Source: Carcharhinus longimanus
Lineage: Eukaryota
Direction of reading: 5' to 3'
NCBI GenBank assembly: GCA_030264375.1
Contig: JASCQW010000132.1
Coordinates: 92,154,449-92,218,448, forward strand
DNA: 64,000 bases
Part shown: piece after piece, positions 20,953 through 34,413 of the stretch
Layout: each line of letters opens with the position of its first letter
Numbering within the stretch: position 1 is the first letter of the stretch
The notes under the pieces: model-generated
Seen by the model: only the letters and a program-made list of their open reading frames with translations
What the model was told of the DNA's origin: nothing
The model's database searches: none
Program-made: the position numbers and the translations under genes

Positions 20953-23900
20953 CTCATGCCTTTATGTTCCCTGTACAATTCCTGTTTGATTCAGCAAATA
21001 TATATCTAGTTTTTTTATTCACAGCCCTTATTTGTTTTTTATGAAAAATATTTTATTCTGACTCTTGCTCAGCAAGTAAAAATTACTGCACAAGTTCATA
21101 GTCTCACATTTTAATGTCATAATCTGCTTTTCTTGATATATACATCATTAGGTGTTAATATTTTCCCCTTGTTCTATGAACTACTTTATTAAAGAAGATT
21201 TATTAAATGGTCAGGTTGTTATTTTTAATGTGTTTCTGCATGTGAAATTGCTATTAACCATCAGGCAACACAGCACCTGCTTAGCATAAATTAATGGGCA
21301 ATAATCATTGAACAAAAATAGTGTATCAAATGGTTATTATTTTACACTCATTAGCCAATGAGAAACATACTATACATTCTGTTAATTCACTTGAAGCATA
21401 CGTTTCTCATGTTATTAATAGATATTGCCTGGTTACAATATTTGAACCTGTTGCGGCCACCTTTGTTAGTTGAAATACTACACATGGGGGCCCCTGCAGT
21501 CACATCATGCTGTACCAAGAGAGTTACTAACTGGGAGTAAATGAGGTAGTTTTGATGAGAGGAGAAATATGAATTGCCTGTCTGTTTAAGATTAGTTTGA
21601 AGAGTAGTTAGCTGGCTGTAATAGGGCACACTTGAGTAATTGNNNNNNNNNNNNNNNNNNNNNNNNNNNNNNNNNNNNNNNNNNNNNNNNNNNNNNNNNN
21701 GGATCTCCAGATGGACATGACCACACAGCAGCTGGGTGGCACATTTCTCAGCATGGTTAGCAATGCCCAGAGTGTCAGCTGTTCCCTATGACCGCAGACC
21801 CCTGGTAGACCAGCTGGTGGCTGCTGACAGCAGCAGCCCTGGTAGACTTTCTCTTCAAACCAGTTGTCAGTGAGCGAAGCCAGCAGGGATGACCAGCACA
21901 GCTTAACGATTCACTGCTGAGAGTCATTAGGAGAGCTTTAAAACTTGCTTTTGCCAAGAAACTGGGTATGTGAACCAGAGATGCATATTGTTTAGTATTT
22001 TGAGCCATTTAAGCAAATGAAAATCACTTGTTTTTCTTCATTTCAGTTACGTATCGAGCTGCTTCCTTAAATAAAATCACAGTGTTATTACTTTAATTTT
22101 TTTCATACATGGCAACAGTTGGGACTCCTCCAAGAGAAAAGGGAAGTAAATATGGGTGGAAAAACCTGACTGTTCACACGCTGTTAGGCATTCTACTAAT
22201 GGAGCAATTAGTGTTACAGGTCAGGTTTGATAACATAGATCCAAATAATATTTCTTGCTGGGGGTCATGGGCACTTCATAATGACATCAAAACTGTTCTC
22301 TGGTGTGACAGGAAGCTACTTGTTCTCCTGCACAGGAGAACCTCTTAAAGTAGAGTTACTACTGCTTAGTTCTCAGGACTGATTTTATTAATACTGAACC
22401 TAGTATTCTTTTAGGCATTACATTTGATCTTACATTTTCACAAGCAGTTTGTTTTACTGTGCTGAAAACATTATGAACTCTAATAAAATTAGAGGGAACA
22501 TAGTTAATCTTTACAAGTTTAGGACTTAACCAAAGATTACCCAATGTAGTAATTATTTGATTAAATATCATATAAAAAAGAATATCTGTATGCACTTTAT
22601 GAAAACATGTTAGTAAATAGATATGGAGCCACAGAAAAAGAATATCCTTTTCCTGTTTTGGCTTCTGGACTATCTTTCAACTAAATGGAAAATCTAGGCC
22701 AAGACAACTGCTGATCCATCAGTCCCAGGTATTGTGTAACACAATATCCAATTTTGTTCTGTAAATATCTGCTCCCTTTTTCTGTGTTTGATCTGCTGAC
22801 GAAGCAGCCAATTGTAGAATCAACCTTTGTACTATTCACATTGATGAATGTACTAAGATTTGAGGCTGACCATGCTTTGCTCCACGCAAACACTTTTACT
22901 TTGCGGACCATTTGATGGTGATGGTGAGTGTCGAGAGGTTGAAGAAACCCTGTATGGAGGGAGTTCTTTTAAAACTCAGTTTTAGGTGAGCTATGGCTTT
23001 TTCAAAGGTGAGACAGTTAATGCCCTTATTGTATTCCTGAAATTTAATTTGGTTGTTCTGCTAGTTGGGCAATAAAATATAGACTGGCTTTCATTGGATT
23101 GGATGCTGCAGGAGCATTTGAGGGTCTGGATTAATGCAAACAGATTGAAGGCTGGTAAGATTGCAATTTTAGTTTTATTAGAATAGTTCAAATGTAGAAG
23201 TTTTCTGTGTTATATCATTTTGCCTCATTGTTAGGTTTATCATAGTGAAGCTCTGATTCTGACCAAATGCATGGTTTGGAAGTTGCACATTTTAGAATTT
23301 GTGACAGACCTTCAGTAATGAAAAGATTTTTGGCCCATGCAGTCATATGTTATGGGAGTCCACCTGACTTGTTTTTGTTTTGGTGGAGGCAATCCACTTG
23401 ATCTCTTTAGTTTTTTTTTCCTGGAGGCAGCCATGTCTACTGAGTAGCTGGTTCAAGTTCTTCTCCTGGTTCATTTGGGCTGGTTTTACTTTTAGTATTC
23501 ATTTCTAAGTTAAAATAAAACATTATTCTGCATTTGTTATTCTGCTTGTCTGGGCCTATGAAAATGCAGAACAAATTCTACCATCCAGAATTCTTTTTCT
23601 TCGTTGTTCTGGTACTGATTCCCAGATGAGCATGTGCTCTAATTTTTGTTGCATGGTGGTACTAGCAGTTAACTAAACCTACGTTGCGTCAAGAATAGCC
23701 TAATTGCTAATATTAGAACCTGGATTCGCTATCCAAGTGGCAAGTTTCAATTTTGCTCTGTTTTTGCTGCATGTTTTTAATATATCTAAATATAAATTAT
23801 CTATGTGGATACAAGACTTTCACATCTTCTGTGGTGGGGGTAGGAATTCTATGCGTGGAGAGATAGGGAAAATGAGCTTCATGATCTTGCGTAAGTGTGC

Positions 23901-26900
23901 CTCCTATCTACTCATTATAGACTGGCATTAACTACATGTAGAGAAATCAGAAAAAGACTCTATCGTCCTCTTGTCACTAGGTGAAATGTAAGAAGAAATA
24001 TTCTTCTCCAGGAAGGAGAAGGGCTAACTTTGTGCATGTTGAGTTGTATCAATGTCCTTTCAGTCAAATAGAATGTAGTATTCATGTTACAATATTAGGC
24101 TAAGTGCAATGTTCTATTTTTATATCATGCTAAAATGTCATGGGGAACAATTCAAAATTTCCAGTTAAATAGAAATGAGAGAAAAAGAATCCCTCTTATA
24201 AATGGTTGTAGGATAAATTGCCATACAACACTTAATGCTGCTTTGATGGGCAAATTACTAATATCTTTGAAGAAAAGTTAGAACTGTAATTTGTTATTCT
24301 GTGGATTTTAAACTGCTGTTACAACCAAGCAAAGCCTTGTTAAGTTTATTCTTATTTAAGAGAGAAGCAGAAGAATTAGGAAACTGTAGCCCACTAGAGG
24401 TCATTGTTCAGTTGTAGCCTATTAATGAACCAGAAACATCTGAGAGGGCAATAAATTACACTGTGGATTTTTCTAATTATGAATTCGTGCTTAATCATTC
24501 AATGACAAGTAGGTTGTGGCAGCACATCTATGTATTTTGCATACACAGTTATGCTAATGTGCTATTATATTTCAGTAGATGTTGGTTCTTCATCATTAGA
24601 GCAGTTCATTAAAGAAAGCTGTCTTGCCAAATCATAATTGCTGATTATGGGTAATAATTAACTTTTCTTCCCCTCTTGATTCTGTCTGTTTAGTCAAAAA
24701 GACCTGGTTTGGCTTTTCCATGCTTTTCTTACCTTCTGTCTTATTCTGTTCTCGAGCTCAATGTTGCTATGTCAGCATGCCATTCTGATAGTTATCAAAA
24801 TTCAAACCCAGGCTAATTAAAAGTCGTGCTGACAGTTGTTCTGATCTGACTTTGACTGGTGTTTGATGGTCATTATGGGCAAATAATGAACCAAGGCCAC
24901 AATTGCAACAGCTGCCAGCTCTGGACTGTGTGGCAGCTAACTAGTAAAGGCCACTCAGTAATAATGAATGCATCTATCGACTGACTGATTTTCTGCTTCC
25001 AACAGAGAAACGATGAAATTACTTTTTTGCTGTTTTAATTTTCTTAGTGTATTTTGGGTAAGCCATTTGACATTGCCCTTAACAGTGAAATGGCTATTTA
25101 TTGTGTTTTCAGCGGGTAGTACTGTCCTTACAATATATGCATTAATAAAATCAACCAAAGTGGTTTTAAACATTGAATAGTGCATGAACATATGGTTTTC
25201 AGTATTTATATATGAAATCACCTACTGTGTACTGTATTGTTCAGAACCTCATAACTGAAGAAAAGAGAAACAAACATTTGTTTATTTCTGAAAAGAAGGC
25301 AAAAGTAAATCTTGTATCCTTTGCATCTTCATTCTCGTATTGACTTCATGCTGTCTTCAGCTACTTAGAGAGTAGAGATTTTAAATATGTTTAGATTGAT
25401 TACCTTTAAGAGATCAATAGAGTTAAGTTTTACATCGATACAGTTGTATTGCAACACCAAACTCCTTCCTTCCCAAAAAAACCCTCCTTGTTCCTTCTCT
25501 CATCTGCTACTGTCCACAAACAAGATATCCTGGTCATGAGTGGATGTGAGGGGAGAAATTACTTTTTAAAATTTACCCTTCATCACTTGTAACAATCTTA
25601 TACTAATATAGCCCTTGTCTGTGCCATCTCCATTTAATTAATTTCGCTGTAGTTATCAGTTATCTTTGCTTCAACCACACATTCATATCTTATATAAAAT
25701 GTTATTGGAAGAAAAAATAGATTTCAAAAATCCTTATTGAATCTTCACGTGCTTAAACAAATTTTTAAATGTTGAAGTGTGATTTTCTTACATTGAAAAG
25801 AACTGCTCAAGATACCATGTACTTGATTGCTCAAGGATAAGTACTGAAAATTAACATAAAATGGAAACAAAATCAACTGGAACATACAGAAGGAATTTCT
25901 GTTTAAATAATGACTTTCATATCTTCAGGACATCACGTTTACAGCTAATGAATTGCTTTTGAAGTGATGCTACTGTTTTACAAATGCCACAAACCAATTT
26001 GCATGCAAAGACAGCAAGCAGTGGGATAAATGACCGTTGGAGATGTTGAATCACTTGCCTTTCCCTTTCAGCATCCACCTCCTTTCAGATCTTCCCTAAA
26101 ATGCTCTCTGACTGAACTTTGTGGATATCCCTGCATATCTTACCTTCGTTTGGTTCAGTGTCCATTTATTTGATTAAGCTTTTATGAAATATCTTTGTAC
26201 GTCTTTCTGCTTGAAATGCATTAGATAAAGGCAAATAGTAGTAGTAGTCTAAATAAGACAAAGCACTCCAAGATTTCTACTGACTTTTTCCACATAATCT
26301 CAAGGTGCCTTTTGTGACCACTTGAACAGACTTAACACTTCATGCAGCAATGTAGCATTCCCTCAGTGCTATATTGAAGTATTAACCAAGCCCCTGGAGT
26401 GAAGCTGCCAGTAGAGTGGAGTAGAATAAATCTGCCAATGTGCCCAACTTTGTAAACACAATAGAGATACTGCTCCCAATTATAAGGTTGACCGCATCTT
26501 GGTAAAATGTTATTTATTTTAATTTTATTATCTTCTTGTGCCTCTTATTGTTTTATGAATATTCATTTAAAAGCTTTTGTGGGATCCAGTAATGGACTTT
26601 ATTTCTTTTTGACCAATTTTAATCCTTACACTTTTGACTTCCTTCTTCCTCCTCCTGCCTGTTGTTTTGAATTTGATTAATGTCCAACTGACTTCAAGAA
26701 GGGATGAAAGGTTAACTCTCCAATCTTTTTCTTTTTCCTTTTGTAACTTTCCAGCCATGGATTTGATATACTCATGGAGGTGCATTCAATAAAATTGCCT
26801 AACTTCTTTAACCATGTTATTCTTGTTCATTAGGTCCTCTGGTCTCCTCCAAATCTCAGTGCGCCATTCTTCTTAGGCGAATGACAGATGTCCAGAAGTT

Positions 26901-27811
26901 GTGTCTGAGTTGTGCCACTCTGCCATTAGCTTTATGAAAACAATTCTATTGGCTTCTTTGCAACTGAAACACATTTAATGATCTAAAATTGCTGTATTTA
27001 GGCAGTAGATCAAACTAAGCTCACAAGATGGTTAAATCTAGTGATCAGAGGCATAGGTATGTTTTTAGCAATGTGATTGGCAATAATTAACAGTCAATCA
27101 CTTGGGAAATTGAGAATTGTGGAGCCTCATTCCTGCAGGAGTTTTTATGTTTTAAAATGGTCAATTTTTAAAATCTGAAGCCTCTTTGTTTCCCTCGATC
27201 TCAACCTAAGCATTTTATCTCTCCGGTTCCAGATGACCTGCTTCCTTTGCTGTAGTATACTTGACTCACTTTTTCAACAAATTATTCTGTGAAAATGTGT
27301 TGCGTTGAACAGTGCAGGGGCAAGTTTAACTAATAGCAGGCATCATTTGATGCTCTGCTACAGCAAAGTGGCCCATAAAATCCATTTACTATGTGTGTAT
27401 GGAATGGAGACAACCAAACCAGGAATGTTCTAGATGCAATTCCTTATCTGTACTGCTGTTTTTCTTTGCAGTAGAAAGTAAACTTGGGAGGCTTTGGTGT
27501 GGCTCATAACACAAGAAATTGTGCAGATAAGTTCTGGACCATTGTATTTTAGTTCTCCATATTCTCCTCAACAACTGTGCTTTGATACATAAGAAATAGG
27601 AGCAGGAGTAGGCCATCTAGCCCCTCGAGCCTGCCCCGCCATTCAATAAGATCATGGCTGANNNNNNNNNNNNNNNNNNNNNNNNNNNNNNNNNNNNNNN
27701 NNNNNNNNNNNNNNNNNNNNNNNNNNNNNNNNNNNNNNNNNNNNNNNNNNNNNNNNNNNNNTCCACGCTAACACCCTACCCCCAACTCCATGCCCCCTTA
27801 CCTTCTGCAAT

Positions 27812-27859
27812 AACCTCTTGTGAGGTACCTTGTCAAACCTCTTGTGAGATACCTTGTCA
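27812..27859 (+). repeat. 24-bp tandem duplication
   Basis: AACCTCTTGTGAGGTACCTTGTCA / AACCTCTTGTGAGATACCTTGTCA. Confidence 0.9.
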
Positions 27860-27949
27860 TCCTTGATAAGGATGTGTACCTTCCTATTTGGATTAGGAAT
27901 CGTTGGTGGGCTGGAGTGGTGTTGGAATTGAAAAACCTAGCTTGTGTGG

Positions 27950-28150
27950 TCAAAAGCAGAAAATGCTGAACCTATTTAGCAGGTCGATCAGTATCTGCAA
28001 AGAGAAAAGGCGGATTTAAACAGTGTTTTGGGTGTGTGACATTTTAATTTTGATTCGCACGTAAAATGTCATAACTTGTGTTTTCTTTTTACTGTCTGGC
28101 CTCATGTAGTTCCAGAGTTTATTCCAAATTTCCAGCTTCTGTAATTTTTC
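27950..28150. mobile_element. Degraded palindromic Penelope-derived element
   Basis: AAAAGCAGAAAATGCTG...AGCAGGTC..CAGTATCTG, with central TGACATTTTA...TAAAATGTCA inverted repeat. Confidence 0.45.
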
Positions 28151-28904
28151 CATCTTATTTTATCTCACTTGTGCTAGCCTGGTTACATTAGCCATGCATT
28201 CTCATTACTCTGACTCTTCGATCACCGTTTGTAGATACAAGTGACTGTACATGCCTGAGCTAAACAGCATATTATGTATCAAAAATATGTGTGTTCATGT
28301 GTGGTGGTAGTTCTGGTGGCTCAGAACTACCTCTAAGGAAACAGTGTGTGGTCATTATTAGCACCATAACATCTCTTGGCATGTTTTTAATCAACACAGG
28401 GAGCCTTATGCAGGCTGATTGGGGTATTCTTTTACTGAAAAAGTCTGAATCAGAAACTATGATAATCCACTATCTTGCACATTTCCTATGAAATTGCATG
28501 ATATATGGATGTTGCGTAGAATTTGGGCAATCTGCATGAAAATAAAACAGGTTCCCATCTCCTCAAGTATTCGGTTGCCCTCTAAAATTCTATCCAGATA
28601 TCTTTTTATATACTGATCATTCTTTGTGTGAACTACTCTCTTAATATTGGTTTGAAATTTGCCTTTTGCTACTTTGAGCTTATTCCTTATGCTCTCACAT
28701 CACAATTTAGTTTGAAGTAATGTTTTACACTTATCTTTAAATTATTTACCATTCGTCCTTTCCGTAAAAGATCTCCTTCATGGTTAGCGCCTTTTGAAAC
28801 TTAACTCAAGTTTCTCTGATTTTTTTTCCTCATAGCCTAGCACTCTTGTGTTCTCTGTATTGGCTTTAGAGCTAAAATGCCTTTTCTTGACTTGGTGACT
28901 GCAA

Positions 28905-29320
28905 CAACAAAGCTTGTGTTTGTCTAGAACTTAACATTAAACATCGCAAGGCGCTTCACTGAAGCATTATAAAAGCAAATTTTGACATTAAGCCAGTTGG
29001 TAATATAAGGACAGGTGACCAAAAGAGGTAGGTTTTAAGAAACATGTTAAAGGAAAAAAGAGAAGTGCAGAGATTTAGGGAGCAAATTCACGAGCTTAGA
29101 ACCAAGGAAGCTGAAGGCACAGCCACCGATGGTGGGATGGTTAAAATTGAGGCTTCAAGGCTGAACTGAGAGATGTGTGGTGCAGATATCTTGGAGGATT
29201 GTGGGGCTAGAGGAGATAACAGAGGAAGCGGGAGGCAAGGCCATGGAGTAATAACCTAGGACCATAGAAGGTCAGTGAGCAAATGAGTAAATGGATTGGA
29301 TCTGAGTGAGAACGCAGGCA
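28905..29320 (-). mobile_element. L2 LINE 3' fragment
   Basis: CAACAAC..CTTG..TTT...GGTAGGTTTTAAG...AGCTTAGAACCAAGGAAGCTGAAGGCACAGCCACCGATGGTGG. Confidence 0.65.
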
Positions 29321-29554
29321 GCTGTGCAGTGACTGAATATCAAATATAATGTCAACTATTTCACCTTTAGCTATTTTGACTTCATACATGGACGTGCAAT
29401 ATTCATTTTTATTTACTTATATTCATTCATGGAATGTGGGCATTGCTGGTTAGACTAGCGTTTATTGTCCATCCCTCATTGCCCTCGAGAAGGCAGTGGT
29501 GAGCTGCCACCTTAGAACATAGAACATTACAGCGCAGTACAGGCCCTTGGACCA

Positions 29555-30722
29555 CTACAGCCTACTGGAACAAGACCACCTTCAAGGTGGACCAAGTGGG
29601 CATGCATTCCCAGTAGGTGTCAAGGTGACTATCACTGTGGGTTCATCTCCTGCCACCCACATCTCCCGAGCTTGATTCTCAGTTTTTTTCTGTGGTTCTG
29701 CATTCTCCTCTATTGCAAGGTGAGAAAGCAAAAGGTTATAAGCGTGAACAACGGATTCTGCAGAGGATGCATTGAGAACATTTGCAGAGGGTGACTGTAT
29801 ATGGGTGTACAGTGACACAAAAATGAGGGTAACTGAGTATTGGTAGCTCNNNNNNNNNNNNNNNNNNNNNNNNNNNNNNNNNNNNNNNNNNNNNNNNNNN
29901 NNNNNNNNNNNNNNNNNNNNNNNNNNNNNNNNNNNNNNNNNNTGGCCGGTTCTGATAAGTAGGGAGTTCCTGGATCTTGACTCATTGATGTGTAATCGTT
30001 GCTATGTGTCAAATTAAGTTTCATTATTAACTTACATAACTTAACTTATTTTGTAGATGTTGGCTGTCTTTCCATATTCAGCTATTCTTGGCAGTTTGAT
30101 ATTATCTGAATATTAGTCCAGTTAATATTGAGCTTAGCTATGTTATAAATGTGATGCCGCAGTACTTTTCAGTCTGAACACAAGTTTTTTTTTAAAGTCA
30201 AGGAAATTGAAGAGTAAGATTTTTCCCTTATAAATTTATGGGTGTAATTTTATTGATATAGACCCACTTGCAGTCACAGCATGAGCATTCTCCTTCCAGG
30301 TTTCCTGACCATTCTCTGAGTGCCATGGTCATGGTGACAGTCCATTCTTGGTACAGCATACCTCAGACTGAAATACTGTGCAGGTTCACTAGATCCTCCC
30401 CATGAAACTCTTCACCTCCAAATCTGAGCTACCAATACTCAGTTACCCTCATTTTTGTGTCACTGTACACCCATATACAGTCACCCTCTGCAAATGTTCT
30501 CATTGCATTATCTCTGCAGAATCCATTGCTCACGTTTGTAACCCTCTGCTTTCTCCCGTTGCAGTAGAGGAGAATGCAGAACTACAGAAAAAAACTGAGA
30601 ATCAAGCTCGGGAGATGTGGGTGGCAGGGGATGAACCCACAGTGATAGTCACCTTGACACCTACTGGGAGTGCATGCCCACTTGGTCCACCTTGAAGGTG
30701 GTCTTGTTCCAGGAGGCTGCAG
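29555..30722. repeat. Inverted duplication: 29555-29849 is the reverse complement of 30426-30722
   Basis: ~295-bp arms; ORFs 29582- and 30402+ share ...EENAE.QKKTENQAREMWVAGDEPTVIVTLTPTG.ACPLGPP. Left arm abuts an N-gap. Confidence 0.93.
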
Positions 30723-31467
30723 CTATCTGAAACATGCTGTCATGAAAGTCTGAGCTTCTTGAGGCATTGGCGCCCTCATATGTCGAGGAAAGCTTATCCC
30801 CTGCTGATAGATCTTGTGTTGGGGTGCCCACCTCATTCTGGTGCCCTATGCTGATTGTGGCTGTTGTGGAGTGGCGTGTGACTTGAGTAAAGGACAGCCA
30901 ATGCTGATGCTGTTGATGTTGCTGGTCCCCCTCCTTTTGCTCATCTTAAGAGGTTCAAAGTCAAGCCATGTAAGCTGCTCCCAAATCACAGGAAAAACTG
31001 ACAGCAGAGAAGGCCAGATCAAGATGAGCAAATTCCAAGTTAGGTAGGTGAAATGATTCCAAACCTTTAGAAATTACCTGTGGAGCAGTGAAGGTGCACC
31101 CTGTGTGCACAAGTCTTTCACATGGGCAGGCTGACATCCATGTAGTTTCACAGTTTAAGGCTTTCAAGACCATCAGTTACAATGGTCAATATCTCCCCAC
31201 TGTGCACCTGCCTTATTAGTCTTGGTGAGGTTCACAGTTCATAGCACCTGTGCAGTACCTGCTAAAGCTAGAATTCAGAATTAAAGACTTAAATAATTGA
31301 TTTATTAAATATTTAGATGACTTAACAGCTCCACAGGGGTTTCCCATTCACCTCCAGATTAGTTAAACCTGGAAGTGAGCAGGATCATGTTGGGTTTCTG
31401 ACCACTGGTATTTTTCGGACCTTTAACCACCCACCTACACTTCCCTTTGGCAGTTAAAATTCAACCC
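30240..31467. mobile_element. Non-autonomous DNA transposon relic (Harbinger-like)
   Basis: Termini GGGTGTAATTTT / AAAATTCAACCC form a 10/12 inverted repeat; exon-like internal pieces. Confidence 0.5.
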
Positions 31468-33629
31468 AGTGTCTCCCACAAGTAACTTTGTACAGTTTTT
31501 TTTACATTGGTATGTGTTTGTAAATTTAAAAAATTCTTGAGGTGAGCCCTCAAAGTCCAGATCAACATTTTTTAGTTTTCATTGTTTCTGACACATTAAG
31601 AGAAACAAAAGGCTGATGCACTGCCTCTGAATCTACTTTTCTTGTAACCACCACAGACTGACTGATTATGATCAGTGTGAAGTGGAGAAAAGTAAGTTGT
31701 ACTGTATACGGTTATTTTAAAGCTGCATTAATTTAAAAGAATTAAATGTGGTGATACCAAATTTATGGTCAGATTTTAGGGCCGGAGCTTTCACCCTGAT
31801 TGCAAGGAACTTGAGACTAGGAGCTAGAGGACTTGTCCTATCATTGCGTGATGTGAAACTAAATTAATTTAACTTTATTTCACTATAATTTTCTAGCTAT
31901 AATAACTCAGTGAGAGATGATCAATGGGGGCAGGGGAATGGATGCCCATTTGAGACGCAATCAGAAAATTATCACCCATGAAATATAATCAGAAAGATAA
32001 AATATTAATCAGTAGAGTTCATAAACAGATGCAATGTAGTATGAATACAAACTGGCACTCGTAAGGTGATAGACACAAAAGAAGTAGAATTGAAATAATA
32101 TACAACGACAACATCAGGTGGACTAGGATTGCAGAATTCAGTATTACTTACACAGGGAATAGGCATAAAGATTTAAATCAGTCCCTAAATAAAGAGGTGT
32201 ATTTTAAACTGATTTGGATTGACTAAGGCATACACAAAATCATACATCTGTGCATATGAAGCCTCTGGAGAACTGTCAAACACAGAAATGGGAACGACAA
32301 CAGAAACTGGTTACAAATAAAACATGGCATGGTTTTAAACCAATTGTGCATGCTTATCTTTGGCAGAAAAGAAAACTAATTGAACATGATAAAGTGTAAA
32401 GTTAATTAACGCACACAAGTTTGTTGATTACCTTCACAGGATTATATTGTTCTTTTGCTACCAGCCTTCCATCCCAGCTGTCTCCCTTTCAGAAAATGTC
32501 ATTGGTAAACAATAGAGACACCATAACAAGTCGTAAATGGCTCCAGTGACAGCAGCCCCTAGTGAAGCTTCATCTGTAGAAAATGATTGTGTCTGATTAC
32601 CTTTTGAAGACAGCAGTGCAGACATTGCATACTAAGTGCCACTTCTGTATCACTTTACTTTGCACCTGATGTATCCATTACAAAAACAGCTAAAATATAT
32701 TTTCTAAATACACTTCCACTGTCAGTGCCCTTATTGGAAGTTGAAGTGAACATTTTCAGATTGGAATTAATCTAATTCTAAGAAGTAAGATTGTTTAGTG
32801 AAACAGTTGCTTTCATCTGTATAGCACTTCAAGTAAGAAGTGCATATAAAATCCTTCAGAGCTTACTTAAGCTTTTTTTCTCCTTTAACCACAATAAAGA
32901 CTTGAAATAAGAAGCAGGCAAAATTCAGACAGCTTCATACTAACCAGAACCTGCTGTTGTAAAACTGGGATTGAACTGAACCCATTAGACCAGTGAAAGG
33001 TTGGTGCGAGGTTTTAAAGAATTGTATTAATGATTGAGGTTTGAAAGAGAAGAGAGAAGGACTAAACTATTCATGCTTGAAATGAGCTGCAGGTTTTTTT
33101 ATTTGAAGGCTCAATATTTGATGAACCGACATTCAAAGTAGTTTTTGTATTCGTTACCTGCAAGCTTTAACTACTAAGAGATCATACGAAATGCACAGAC
33201 TTGATTTTTAACAAAAATATCTTCCTTCGTATTTGAGGTGGTGAGGAAATTGATGTATAGAATATTTTTGTAAGGATTTGTTACTAAAGATTTATCAACC
33301 ATTTCCAAGATTACGTTTTGGCTGTATTAATGTATTATTCCTTCATCTAACATAAGTGTTTATACAACTGAAAAACTGCAGCTGTCGAAAGATTAACCAG
33401 CTGAGGAGTGTTGTCAGCATTAGTTCAGGTCTAATAAATGACACTATGAAGCTATTTATCAATCCCTAGTCCAGAATAAAAATTTGGCCTATGATTAATA
33501 GTATTCTGTTTGCAAGCTTTGACTATGCTTGTGTAATTATTGTGCTTGTTTTTAGATAAGGCATGTTGAAGGTATGAAAGGAAAAAAAGCAGAAATCTTT
33601 TAACACCAGTGGTGATGTGATTCTTTCAG

Positions 33630-33763
33630 GTGTCGGGGCTGCTCGGGCTGGCAACCTGACATTCATGGTCGGGGGATTGGAAGGAGAATTTAATGCAGCC
33701 AAAGAATTGCTGAGCTGCATGGGCACCAATGTGGTTTACTGTGGAGAGGTTGGAACTGGACAG
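33630..33763 (+). CDS. HIBADH: HIBADH (3-hydroxyisobutyrate dehydrogenase) internal exon, equivalent to human exon 5
   Basis: TTCTTTCAG|...|GTAAC, 134 nt, (G)VGAARAGNLTFMVGGLEGEFNAAKELLSCMGTNVVYCGEVGTGQ. Confidence 0.96.
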
Positions 33764-34336
33764 GTAACCAAACAGAGAAATTGGTTTTGATTATGAAATC
33801 ACGTCATTTGATCAAGTTAAGTCCTCCCCAGTGTCAGAATTTCACTGAGTAGTTTTTTTTGTAAGTATAAGCAGATATAAAGCATGGAAATTATAACTAA
33901 ATAGGTGTGTTAAATGAATAGAAGTGATTCAGGACACGTGCTGCCCATCTCAGAAGAGACTTTAAGATGGAATGTGTTTTAAATTTGGCAATAGCACAAA
34001 ATATGTAACAGTGAAACAGCAAACTGCTTCACACTCCGGCCAATCTTCTTTTCTAGAAATTAGTAGAATAGATAATCGGGTGGAATGTAAAATGGGTTGC
34101 CAGTTTGTTGTTTCCCATTTTTGCACTGTCAGTGAAGTGAAATTTCCCACCCAAAGATCGGAGGTTTATATCTGTAAATCAAACCGGTGTTTCAAGGTAC
34201 TTCCAGCTCAGCACATTTTAAATTTCCATATAACATTTTGCATCATTATTGCAGTGATGTGTTTTGTAGGTATTTAAACGCATGCAAGATTTTGAAGTTA
34301 TTTACCTCTTTCATTAATTGTGACCTCTGTTTATAG

Positions 34337-34413
34337 GCAGCAAAGATCTGTAACAACATGCTTCTAGCTATTAGTATGATTGGAACTTCTGAAACAATGA
34401 ATCTGGGAATCAG
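34337..34413 (+). CDS. HIBADH: HIBADH internal exon, equivalent to human exon 6
   Basis: TTTATAG|...|GTTTG, 77 nt, AAKICNNMLLAISMIGTSETMNLGI(R), including the catalytic Lys motif KICNN; in frame with the previous exon. Confidence 0.96.
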
